DNA of 64,000 nucleotides, taken from NCBI GenBank assembly GCA_023138875.1, contig JAGLOO010000049.1:688-64687 (forward strand), in the 5' to 3' direction. Below the pieces are notes generated by a model. The model made no database searches and was not told the origin of the DNA. It saw nothing but the letters and a program-made list of their open reading frames with translations. The position numbers and the translations under genes were made by a program. The DNA is from Bacteroidales bacterium (lineage in GTDB: Bacteria > Bacteroidota > Bacteroidia > Bacteroidales > GCA-2748055). Shown piece after piece: positions 1 through 8,925 of the stretch. Numbering within the stretch: position 1 is the first letter of the stretch; each line of letters begins with the position of its first letter.

Positions 1-321
1 GAGATTAGTCATGCTTATCACAAAAATAGAATTGTATTGGTGACTAACTTATCTGGAGGATATAGGAAATACAAGGCAATAAATCCTATTTATCAAACAA
101 AGCAATCCAATACAGAATTTGGTGTCGTTGAAAGTTTGTTTTACAGACTTAATAATAATCCAAACAGAGTATTATTAATGACTACTTCACTGGCTTATGT
201 TCAATCAAAATCGAATATTAATTTCTTTACCCAAAGTGGGTTATTGGCACAGGTTGGTATCATGCTAAGGTTTAGTCCAAAATTAGAACCTGACGGAAAA
301 AATGAACTTCAGAAAGACTAA
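1..321 (+). CDS. hypothetical protein, C-terminal part (gene begins upstream of window)
   Basis: Frame 1 is open from base 1 to TAA at 319-321. The track ORF 37..321 starts at a TTG, so the true start is probably off-window. No recognisable motif. Confidence 0.3.
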   Translation, partial: EISHAYHKNRIVLVTNLSGGYRKYKAINPIYQTKQSNTEFGVVESLFYRLNNNPNRVLLMTTSLAYVQSKSNINFFTQSGLLAQVGIMLRFSPKLEPDGKNELQKD

Positions 322-400
322 TTTTATTATTAAAAAATGTGAGGATTTCTCTATTAATGAACAGATACACTTATTAATAACCTTTTTAAATAAAAAATCA

Positions 401-1210
401 ATGAGAACAATTAAACTAATTTTTTTGACAATTATGCTTGGGGTTTTCTCTGCAAATGCCCAACAATCTCAGGAAGAGTTATCTGCTGCCGCCGCCAATC
501 CATTAGCTGATTTAATGAGTTTCCCCTTTCAGAATAATTTAAATATGAATTATGGCGAATACAGCCGAAATATGAATGTATTAAATATTCAACCGGTAAT
601 TCCTTTAGCCGGGGGCAAACTAATCACCAGGACAATCTTCCCCATCGTTCGTATTCCGGATTTCAGCAATGAAAATGGAAAGCTTGCTTCAGGATTGAGT
701 GACATTGTATTTACTGCATTTTATGTTCCGGAAAGTAAAGGGGCAATGTGGGGATTTGGGCCGATAGTTGAACTGCCAACAGGGGGCAGCACACGGGGTA
801 CAGAAAAATGGAGTATTGGTCCATCATTGGTGGTATTGATACAACCGGGCGACTGGACCTTCGGTGGCTTAATAAACAACGCCTGGTCGGTTGCCGGTAA
901 ATCAGATCGTGGTGATGTGAACCACATGATGTTGAATGTGTTTTTTGTGCGTCAACTAGGTAGTGGTTGGTACGTAAACAGTGCGCCTATTATTACTGCT
1001 GACTGGACTGCTGATTCTGAAGACCGATGGATCGTTCCTTTAGGTGCCGGTGGAGGTAAACTGGTAATGCTTGGTGGAAAACTACCTTTAAACCTGCAAA
1101 CTCAATTGTACTACAATGTGGTGCGGCCAGATTTTGGACCGGAATGGCAATGGCGGGTGCAGGCTCAAATATTGTTGCCTACAAGTATCTTTGGTGGAAA
1201 AGGAAAATAA
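401..1210 (+). CDS. putative outer-membrane beta-barrel protein (transporter/MetA-pathway-like OMP family)
   Basis: Internal ATG at 401 gives the signal peptide MRTIKLIFLTIMLGVFSANAQQ (track ORF starts at 302). Alternating beta-strand pattern. The NPLADLMSFPFQNN and LNIQPVIP motifs were recalled from this OMP family, not searched. Confidence 0.5.
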   Translation: MRTIKLIFLTIMLGVFSANAQQSQEELSAAAANPLADLMSFPFQNNLNMNYGEYSRNMNVLNIQPVIPLAGGKLITRTIFPIVRIPDFSNENGKLASGLSDIVFTAFYVPESKGAMWGFGPIVELPTGGSTRGTEKWSIGPSLVVLIQPGDWTFGGLINNAWSVAGKSDRGDVNHMMLNVFFVRQLGSGWYVNSAPIITADWTADSEDRWIVPLGAGGGKLVMLGGKLPLNLQTQLYYNVVRPDFGPEWQWRVQAQILLPTSIFGGKGK

Positions 1211-1434
1211 ATCACAATCTAAACTAAAATTCTGATCATGAAACAAGCATGTCGAAAATATTTGTTAATTAAAAAACATTACTCCATACAATAATTTTAA
1301 TTTGTTTCATTAAAGATTTCAACTTATATATGAAAAAACTAATAATCATTGTTATATACTCAACATTGATGTACACATAAAGTAACCAATTATATAAAAG
1401 AACGAAACCCCAACAATACCTTCACTTTTAGAGG

Positions 1435-1467
1435 AAAAACAGGCTGCCCGTTTTCACAGACAGCCTG
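1435..1467 (-). terminator. intrinsic terminator after the DUF2807 gene
   Basis: Perfect 7-bp stem CAGGCTG (1440-1446) / CAGCCTG (1461-1467) with a 14-nt loop, followed on the minus strand by a T5 run (plus A 1435-1439). Confidence 0.55.
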
Positions 1468-1534
1468 AAGGTGGTTGTATTGAAACAACCGCTCCTGTAA
1501 TCCCCTTCCTTCTCAGGCAGGGGAGCTCCGTATT

Positions 1535-2233
1535 TTAAAATGCGACAACCTTTCCTGATCCGGAGGATATGCTGTTTACGCGGGGATCCCCGTGATAACG
1601 AACACTTCCGCTTCCGGATATTGTCACATCAATTTCGTCATTGGCAGTAATCTTACAACCACCCGAACCGCTGATGATCACCGAGCATTCAGATACCACA
1701 AATTTCTCAGCCAGACAATCGCCGGAACCACTGATCTTTACATCAAGCTCTTCAGCTTCTCCTTTTTCAAGCACTACATTACCCGACCCCGAGATCTTTA
1801 CATCTATTTCTTCAGCTTCCAGCATACCGAAGGTTATCCTTCCGCTTCCTGACATTGCAAGGTCCATTTCCTCGGAAGAAATCGGCTTTTCAGCCATGAA
1901 ATGCGCTGAACCTGAGATTTTCACAGCTTCCAGATCTTCAGAGATGATGTAAATGGTAAGCTTTGAGCGCTTCATTTTCCAGTCATCATACTTCACCTGC
2001 AAGAAACCATCTTTTACTTTTGTAATAAGATCTCTCACATCTTTATCCGCTCCTTCAATCCTGATCTCATGGGTATTTCCTCGTGTATAGAAAACATCAG
2101 CCGGTATGCTTATTCCAATTCCATCAAATGAGTCCAGTTTGCGGACATCCTCTGCGGCTCTGTCTGCGAAAATAAAACTACTGCCCAGCAACATGACAAG
2201 CATTGCTGATACAGGAAAAATAACTCTTTTCAT
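1535..2233 (-). CDS. DUF2807 / head GIN domain-containing secreted protein
   Basis: Signal peptide MKRVIFPVSAMLVMLLGSSFIFA. Repeated (K/T)ISGSG(N/D/R) beta-helix-like units are typical of putative auto-transporter adhesin head GIN domains. Confidence 0.7.
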   Translation of the reverse strand: MKRVIFPVSAMLVMLLGSSFIFADRAAEDVRKLDSFDGIGISIPADVFYTRGNTHEIRIEGADKDVRDLITKVKDGFLQVKYDDWKMKRSKLTIYIISEDLEAVKISGSAHFMAEKPISSEEMDLAMSGSGRITFGMLEAEEIDVKISGSGNVVLEKGEAEELDVKISGSGDCLAEKFVVSECSVIISGSGGCKITANDEIDVTISGSGSVRYHGDPRVNSISSGSGKVVAF

Positions 2234-2292
2234 ATTGAATACGTTTTGGTTTATTAATAATTCCGACTAAAGACGATACCAGATAGGGATTG

Positions 2293-2811
2293 TTACAAAG
2301 TGGTTAATCCTTCCGGTAGATGAAAATGGATGGATTGTTCCCGGTGATCGATCCGGACGATCAATTCCTCTGCAGCCGGTACCATCATCTCCTTACCCCG
2401 GTAGTCAATCAATAGCACCGGATTCATGTCACTTTCTATATAATCCGTTACCCTGCCAAGATTGCCCATTTGCAGATCAAATGCTTCATATCCCACCACT
2501 GCATGAAGATCATTCATGCTCTCATGCTTTGAAGGATTGAGTTGCAGATCCAGGTAAACATCACAGCCACAGACGGGTCTCGCCTCCTCAATGGTGTTGA
2601 TAAATTCCAGTTTAATAATGGCTTGATCATCCGAAACCAGGGTGAATTCCTCCATAAAAAAAGGAATCCGTTGCCCATCAATATCGATGAACAACGGATT
2701 TTCAGGTTCAATGCTTTTCCCGGCAACGGGGTCAAGAACAATATTTACTTTCCCCTGGAGTCCATTCGGCTTGGAGATTCTACCTGCTTTTATACCTCCT
2801 GGAACCGGCAT
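2293..2811 (-). CDS. rimM: 16S rRNA processing protein RimM
   Basis: GRISKPNGLQGKVNI N-terminal barrel motif and a PRC-barrel-like C-terminus (LGRVTDYIES..NPVLLIDY..EMMVPAAEELIVRID). Canonical position directly downstream of rpsP. Confidence 0.75.
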   Translation of the reverse strand: MPVPGGIKAGRISKPNGLQGKVNIVLDPVAGKSIEPENPLFIDIDGQRIPFFMEEFTLVSDDQAIIKLEFINTIEEARPVCGCDVYLDLQLNPSKHESMNDLHAVVGYEAFDLQMGNLGRVTDYIESDMNPVLLIDYRGKEMMVPAAEELIVRIDHREQSIHFHLPEGLTTL

Positions 2812-2823
2812 TGGATTGATTGC

Positions 2824-3585
2824 TTAGGCCTCCTTCTTGGACTCCTCGGCAGGCTTCTCCTCAGCGGGTGCCTCAGCTTTGGGTGCCTCTTCAACAACTT
2901 CCTCAGCCTTAAGCTCTTCAGCCTTGGGCTCTTCAGCTTTGGGTGCCTCAGCTTTGGGCTCTTCAGCTTTGGGTGCCTCAGCTTTAGGCTCTTCAGCTTT
3001 GGGTGCCTCAGCTTTGGGTGCCTCAGCTTTGGGTTCCTCAGCCTTCGGTTCGTCAGCTTTGAGTTCCTCAACGGGTGCCTCAACAGTCTCCTCCCCAGCT
3101 TGTTCTTTGGCCTCAGCCTCTATTATTGCTGATTTCCTTTTTGCAATCTCAAGTGCCCTTGCTTCCTTGATCTTAGCTTCCTCTTCCAGTCGGCTCTTAT
3201 CAATGTTGTCTTTGGTTGACTTGATCTGATCCCGCTTGGCCTGGATCTTCTGTTCTTTTTCAGTCATCCAGGACTGGAACCGTTTTTCGGCTTCAGCTTC
3301 GTCAAAAGCACCTTTTTTCACACCATCTAGCAGGTGTTTCTTGTACAGGACTCCTTTGTAGGATAAGATAGCTCTACATGTATCAGTAGGTTGAGCGCCT
3401 TTCTGGAGCCATTCTAAGGCTCTGTTGAAATCTAAAATAATGGTGGCAGGATTGGAGTTGGGATTATACTGTCCCAATGATTCAATAAATTTACCATCAC
3501 GTGGCGCCCTGCTATCAGCAACTACAATAGAGTAGATCGCTTTAAACTTGCGACCCTGTCTTTGTAATCTGATTTTTGCTGGCAT
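2824..3585 (-). CDS. rpsP: 30S ribosomal protein S16 with long repetitive C-terminal extension
   Basis: N-terminus [42 protein letters not shown] is canonical S16. The C-terminal ~150 aa are lysine/glutamate/alanine rich with pentapeptide repeats. Confidence 0.95.
   Translation of the reverse strand: MPAKIRLQRQGRKFKAIYSIVVADSRAPRDGKFIESLGQYNPNSNPATIILDFNRALEWLQKGAQPTDTCRAILSYKGVLYKKHLLDGVKKGAFDEAEAEKRFQSWMTEKEQKIQAKRDQIKSTKDNIDKSRLEEEAKIKEARALEIAKRKSAIIEAEAKEQAGEETVEAPVEELKADEPKAEEPKAEAPKAEAPKAEEPKAEAPKAEEPKAEAPKAEEPKAEELKAEEVVEEAPKAEAPAEEKPAEESKKEA
2872..3066. repeat. 15-bp tandem repeat (13 units, in frame within rpsP)
   Basis: Consecutive units (c/t)TCAGC(t/c)TTGGG(t/c)(g/t)C at 2872, 2902, 2917, 2932 ... 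3052, with one divergent unit at 2887. They encode (A/E)(E/A)PKAE repeats on the minus strand. Confidence 0.9.
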
Positions 3586-3711
3586 ACTCTAAAAAATTTA
3601 ATAATTAAACCTACAATTTTAGCGCCTGCAAAGGTAGCATTAATCAGATAATATGCAATGTTTCGCGGGATTTTAATATGATCGGAAACTGAAGTTGACC
3701 GGGGGAAATGT

Positions 3712-4089
3712 TTACCGCACTAAAATCTTCTTTGTTACAGTACCCTTTCCGATATCGATACGCAGGAAATAGATGCCAGTCCCGGGAGCTTGCAGGTCCA
3801 CCTCTGAAGTGACAGTTTCTTTACCGATCACCAGGTCCGCGGTAATATCCTTTACCAGCTTGCCGGTGATATCAAATACCTTTGCAGATACCTTCTCCTG
3901 ACCATCATACTTCAGTTTCAACTGAAACCTCCCATCTGAAGGATTGGGAAACACCTTCAGCTGTTCGGAAAGCCACTCTGTATTCAAATTCCCTGAAGCT
4001 GGATCGACTGTGGACTGGGAAAACGCCGAATGAGACACCAGGATCACACCGAACATTATTCCAATGATAAATGCTGTGTATTTTTTCAT
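3712..4089 (-). CDS. small secreted protein consisting almost only of a T9SS (Por) C-terminal sorting domain
   Basis: Signal peptide MKKYTAFIIGIMFGVILVSHSAFS, then KVFPNPSDGRFQLKL ... GIYFLRIDIGKGTVTKKILVR, the typical T9SS CTD start and end motifs. Total length 125 aa. Confidence 0.6.
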   Translation of the reverse strand: MKKYTAFIIGIMFGVILVSHSAFSQSTVDPASGNLNTEWLSEQLKVFPNPSDGRFQLKLKYDGQEKVSAKVFDITGKLVKDITADLVIGKETVTSEVDLQAPGTGIYFLRIDIGKGTVTKKILVR

Positions 4090-4294
4090 ACTCTAAAATC
4101 TTGCAAAAATCCTGCCAACAAATTATTAACATGGGTGGATCGGAGTACTATTTCTCCTAACTTTACACATCATGTACCTCACCAGGCAGTCTGTTTGCTT
4201 TTCCTTGTTTTACTGATATTTACAAAAAAAGTTTCAGGTTTTCCTCATTTTTTTTGCCCGTGAGCCGAAGGAACATAAGATAAGTGGATAGGAA

Positions 4295-7200
4295 ATGTTT
4301 TTGATTTTTGATACCGAGACAACTGGATTACCTAAAAGGGACAACGTACCCATTTCTGATGTGGATAACTGGCCGAGGGTTGTGCAGATTGCCTGGCAAC
4401 TACATGACGAAAGCGGGGATCTGGTTGAACATCATAATCTGCTGATCCGGCCCGATGGTTTTGAGATCCCCTATTCAGCAGTAAAGGTGCATGGGATCTC
4501 CACCGAAAAAGCCGCCAGGCATGGCGTTACCCTGAAAGAAGGATTGAGCCTGTTCAATGAATCCGTAGCACGTGCAAAGTACCTGGTGGGTCATAATGTT
4601 AGTTTCGACATCAACGCCCTGGGAGCAGAGTTTTTCAGGAGTGAAACAGAAACATCTTTCCTGGAGAAGAAACAGGTTTGTACCATGCGGTCGAGTACCG
4701 ACCATCTGAAAATGCCGGGAGGCAGGGGGGGCCGGTTCAAACCTCCCAAACTGATGGAGCTTTATGAGTACCTTTTCGAAGAACAATTCCAGGAGGCTCA
4801 TAATGCTGCAGCTGATGTGGAAGCCACAACCATGTGTTTCTTTGAACTGCTCAGAAGGAAGATCATCCCACCCGGGTCAGTTGAGCTCACCCCTGATCAA
4901 TACAGTGTGTTTATCTCGAAAAACCAGGGGAAAGTTCAGGGTTACGGGCTTAAACATATATCTAACTGGGAAAGCGATTCGTCTGACAAAGATGACGTTT
5001 TGACCGCAGATCAACCGGACAGCAGTGAACATGCAGCAACTGCAGAAGATCATGTTGAGTATTGTCACCTGCACGTCCATACCCAGTACTCCATCCTGGA
5101 TGGCGCAGCAAGCATTCCTGAACTGCTTAAAAAGGCCATAGATGATGGAATGCGGGCCGTAGCCATCACCGATCATGGGAACATGTTTGGGGTAAAAGAG
5201 TTCCATAATGAAGCAAATAAACGTGGTATCAAACCCATCCTGGGGAGTGAGGCCTATATTGCACGCAGATCAAGAAATACCAAAGAAGACAAGAACCTGG
5301 ATGCATTCGACCACGTCGTTTTGCTGGCAAAGAACCTGAATGGATACAAGAACCTGATCACTCTGATATCCCGGGGATGGACCGAAGGATTCTATTACAA
5401 GCCCCGTATTGACCGGGAACTGCTGGAGCAATACCATGAAGGGATCATCTGTTTATCTGCATGTCTGGGTGGTGAGGTTCCACAAGCCATTATGCACCAG
5501 TCGGTGGAGGAGGCCGAAAGAATTATCCTGGAGTATAAACGTATTTTCGGGGAGGATTTTTACCTGGAGCTTCAGCGTCACCAGACCGATGACCCGGGAA
5601 TGAACAAGCTTGTATTTAATGACCAAGTATTTGTAAACCGCACCCTGCTTGAACTGGGTAATAAGCTTGGCGTAAAGTGCGTAGCATCCAACGACGTTCA
5701 TTTCGTGGACATGGAAGACGCGGAGGCCCACGATCACCTCATATGTTTGAACACCGGCAAAGATCTGGATGATCCCATCCGAATGAGGTATACCAGACAG
5801 GAATGGTTCAAAACCCAGGAGGAGATGAAGGAAGTCTTTTCGGACCTGCCCATGGTTTTGAACAATACCATTGAGGTGGCCGAAAAGGTGGAACAATATG
5901 AGCTGAACACCAACCCTGTAATGCCCTTTTTCTCATTGCCCGAAGGATTTGCGAACGAGGATGATTACCTGAAGCACCTCACCTTTGAAGGTGCTAATAA
6001 GAGGTATGCTGATATAACTGATCAAATAAAGGAACGCATCGATTTTGAACTGAGTACCATCCAGCGCATGGGCTTCCCCGGATATTTTCTGATTGTACAG
6101 GATTTTATTGCAGCTGCCCGTGACATGGGGGTATCGGTAGGCCCTGGCCGTGGTTCGGCCGCCGGATCGGCAGTGGCCTACTGCCTGGGTATTACGGATA
6201 TCGATCCCATCAAGTATGACCTGCTGTTTGAACGGTTTTTAAATCCCGACCGCATCTCCATGCCTGATATTGATATTGATTTTGATGAGGATGGGCGGGA
6301 TGAAGTACTCAAATGGGTGGTGGAAAAGTATGGTCACGACCGGGTGGCTCATATCATCACATTCGGCACAATGGCAGCAAAGATGGCCATCAGGGATGTG
6401 GCCCGAATCCAGAAACTTCCGCTGCCGGAAGCCGACCGTCTTGCAAAACTGGTACCAGATCGGCCGGGTACCACATTTGCAAAGGCCTTCGAAGAAGTTC
6501 CTGAACTAAATGCAGAACGAAACTCTTCCAACCCCCTTATTTCAAACACCCTGCGTATTGCCCAGCGGCTGGAAGGATCTGTAAGACAAACAGGGCTTCA
6601 TGCCTGCGGTGTGATCATTGGTCGGAACAGCCTCACCGAGCATCTCCCGGTTTGCAAATCGAAGGATTCCGATCTGTTGGTCACTCAGTTTGACGGTCAC
6701 TTCGTAGAAGATGTGGGCATGCTCAAGATGGACTTCCTCGGATTAAAAACCCTTTCCATCATCAAAGATGCAGTGTCTAACATTCGTGAATCCAAAGGAA
6801 TTGATATTGATATTGATCAGCTTCCCATGAACGACCGGCTCACACTTGAGCTCTATTCAAGGGGCGAAACCACCGGTCTGTTCCAGTTCGAGTCTCCGGG
6901 AATGAAGAAATACCTGAAAGACCTGAAGCCCAACCGCTTTGAAGACCTCATCGCAATGAATGCACTGTACCGGCCGGGACCCATGGAATATATTCCCAGT
7001 TTCATTAACAGGAAACACGGCAGGGAGAAAATCGAATACGATCTGCCTGAGATGGAGGAATATCTCAAGGATACATACGGGATTACTGTATACCAGGAGC
7101 AAGTCATGCTGCTTTCAAGAAAGCTGGCCGGTTTTACACGAGGCGAGGCCGATTCGTTAAGGAAAGCCATGGGTAAGAAGATCAAGAAAATGATGGATGA

Positions 7201-8551
7201 GCTCAAAGTGAAATTTGAGCAGGGCTGCCTTAATAACGGAGTTTCTGAGAAGAAGATCGAGAAGATATGGTCGGACTGGGAAGCTTTTGCCCAGTACGCT
7301 TTCAATAAGTCCCACTCTACCTGCTATGCTTATGTATCCTACCAGACGGCCTACCTGAAAGCCAACTACCCGGCTGAATTTATGGCAGCTGTATTGAGCA
7401 GGAACATTACCGATATAAAGAAGATCGGTCAGTTCATGGATGAATGCAGGAGAATGACCATCTCGGTACTGGGTCCCGATGTGAACGAAAGCAATGTAAG
7501 GTTCACAGTAAATGATAGAGGAGATATCCGTTTTGGTCTTGGGGCCATTAAAGGAGTTGGGGGAAATGCTGTGAAAAACATCATTGATGAGCGCTCCTTA
7601 GGCGGACCGTTCAAGGACATATACGATTTTGTTGAACGGAATGACTTGCGCCAGGTGAACCGCAAGAATATGGAAGGATTGGCCATAGCCGGAGCTTTTG
7701 ACTGTTTTGATCAGATCGCAAGGAGCCAGTATCTTGATACGGTTGAAGAAGAACACGCTACATTTATTGAGCAGCTGATCAAGTATGGAAACAAGATCCA
7801 GTACGAAAAAAACACCCCGCAACAAAACCTTTTCGGAGAATCAAGTTCCATCCCCATTTCCAAACCGGAACCTCCGGATGTGAATGAATGGCATCTGCTT
7901 GATAAGATCACCCGTGAGAAGGAACTCATTGGGATATACCTGACAGCCCACCCACTGGACCGTTTTAAACTGGAGATCGATTCATTCTGTCCCAACACAC
8001 TACATGAATTAAGTGATTTACAGCAGCACAGGGGACGTGATGTGGTCTTCTGTGGAATGGTGAAGACCATCAGAGATGGGGTGGATCAGTGGAGGAACAA
8101 GCCCTACCTGATGGCCCAGCTTGAGGATTACACAGATACATACAACATGCGGTTAAAAAATGATGATTATGTAAATTTTAAACACTATTTCAGTCCGGGT
8201 GTAGCACTTATGATCAGGGCCAATGTCAATGAATGGAGTCCTCGTGAGGAACCCAACCGGAAAATTTATTCCCTGAGGATAAAAATGGTTCATATGCTGG
8301 CCGATGTGCGTGAAAAACTGGTCAGATCGGTGGATATCACCTTAAATATAAATCAGCTCTCTCGTGAACTAATAGAAGAGATCGAGCGTTATACCGTGAA
8401 TGAAAACGGTAAAGTCCTCAAATTCCGGATTCATGATCCGGAAAGCAAAATGAAGGTAAACCTGTTCTCACGTAAAAAACAGGTTGAACTAACCGATGAA
8501 TTCATGGATTACCTTCAAAACAGTACAGGATTTGATTTCAGTTTTGCGTAA
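4295..8551 (+). CDS. dnaE: DNA polymerase III alpha subunit with fused N-terminal DEDDh 3'-5' exonuclease domain
   Basis: aa 1-190 carry Exo motifs FDTETTGLP, GHNVSFD and HNAAADVEAT. The PHP domain starts at HLHVHTQYSILDG (~aa 258). Pol III alpha core: GRGSAAGS, PDIDIDF, FNKSHS. Length 1418 aa. Confidence 0.95.
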   Translation: MFLIFDTETTGLPKRDNVPISDVDNWPRVVQIAWQLHDESGDLVEHHNLLIRPDGFEIPYSAVKVHGISTEKAARHGVTLKEGLSLFNESVARAKYLVGHNVSFDINALGAEFFRSETETSFLEKKQVCTMRSSTDHLKMPGGRGGRFKPPKLMELYEYLFEEQFQEAHNAAADVEATTMCFFELLRRKIIPPGSVELTPDQYSVFISKNQGKVQGYGLKHISNWESDSSDKDDVLTADQPDSSEHAATAEDHVEYCHLHVHTQYSILDGAASIPELLKKAIDDGMRAVAITDHGNMFGVKEFHNEANKRGIKPILGSEAYIARRSRNTKEDKNLDAFDHVVLLAKNLNGYKNLITLISRGWTEGFYYKPRIDRELLEQYHEGIICLSACLGGEVPQAIMHQSVEEAERIILEYKRIFGEDFYLELQRHQTDDPGMNKLVFNDQVFVNRTLLELGNKLGVKCVASNDVHFVDMEDAEAHDHLICLNTGKDLDDPIRMRYTRQEWFKTQEEMKEVFSDLPMVLNNTIEVAEKVEQYELNTNPVMPFFSLPEGFANEDDYLKHLTFEGANKRYADITDQIKERIDFELSTIQRMGFPGYFLIVQDFIAAARDMGVSVGPGRGSAAGSAVAYCLGITDIDPIKYDLLFERFLNPDRISMPDIDIDFDEDGRDEVLKWVVEKYGHDRVAHIITFGTMAAKMAIRDVARIQKLPLPEADRLAKLVPDRPGTTFAKAFEEVPELNAERNSSNPLISNTLRIAQRLEGSVRQTGLHACGVIIGRNSLTEHLPVCKSKDSDLLVTQFDGHFVEDVGMLKMDFLGLKTLSIIKDAVSNIRESKGIDIDIDQLPMNDRLTLELYSRGETTGLFQFESPGMKKYLKDLKPNRFEDLIAMNALYRPGPMEYIPSFINRKHGREKIEYDLPEMEEYLKDTYGITVYQEQVMLLSRKLAGFTRGEADSLRKAMGKKIKKMMDELKVKFEQGCLNNGVSEKKIEKIWSDWEAFAQYAFNKSHSTCYAYVSYQTAYLKANYPAEFMAAVLSRNITDIKKIGQFMDECRRMTISVLGPDVNESNVRFTVNDRGDIRFGLGAIKGVGGNAVKNIIDERSLGGPFKDIYDFVERNDLRQVNRKNMEGLAIAGAFDCFDQIARSQYLDTVEEEHATFIEQLIKYGNKIQYEKNTPQQNLFGESSSIPISKPEPPDVNEWHLLDKITREKELIGIYLTAHPLDRFKLEIDSFCPNTLHELSDLQQHRGRDVVFCGMVKTIRDGVDQWRNKPYLMAQLEDYTDTYNMRLKNDDYVNFKHYFSPGVALMIRANVNEWSPREEPNRKIYSLRIKMVHMLADVREKLVRSVDITLNINQLSRELIEEIERYTVNENGKVLKFRIHDPESKMKVNLFSRKKQVELTDEFMDYLQNSTGFDFSFA

Positions 8552-8607
8552 TTTATTTTTTTATATTTTTGATCAGAATTTTAAATACTCATAATAAATC
8601 TTAGACC

Positions 8608-8925
8608 ATGGCATTAGAGGCAACAGATAACAATTTCGACGATCTGGTACTGAAAGCTGATAAACCGGTTATTGTTGATTTTTGGGCCGAATGGTGTGGC
8701 CCCTGCCGGATGGTAGGGCCCATCGTAGAAGAGGTTGGTGTTGAATATGACGGCAAAGCTATAGTAGCAAAAGTTGATGTGGACAGCAATCCGGGAATTA
8801 CTGCTAAATATGGTATCAGGAATATCCCCACTATTCTATTCTTCAAGAACGGAGATGTAGCTGATAAGCAGGTTGGAGCAGTTCCAAAAAGTACGATCGT
8901 AAATAAGCTGGAAGCCCTTATTTAG
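8608..8925 (+). CDS. trxA: thioredoxin
   Basis: 105 aa with the WAEWCGPCR active site and a typical thioredoxin fold length. Confidence 0.9.
   Translation: MALEATDNNFDDLVLKADKPVIVDFWAEWCGPCRMVGPIVEEVGVEYDGKAIVAKVDVDSNPGITAKYGIRNIPTILFFKNGDVADKQVGAVPKSTIVNKLEALI

Noticed and set aside
2542-3229. Three long track ORFs (2542..3132 +, 2790..3083 -, 2837..3229 +) with striking repetitive translations (SALGASALG..., PKLRHPKLK...).
   Set aside because: They are alternative-frame and antisense readings of the 15-bp tandem repeat inside rpsP. The S16 frame is the only one attached to a recognisable protein.
8922-8925. Convergent trxA and sensor genes overlap at their stop codons (TTTAG / CTAAA), leaving no room for terminators.
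   Set aside because: It is real in the sequence but a common compaction feature. I see no evidence for a functional consequence.
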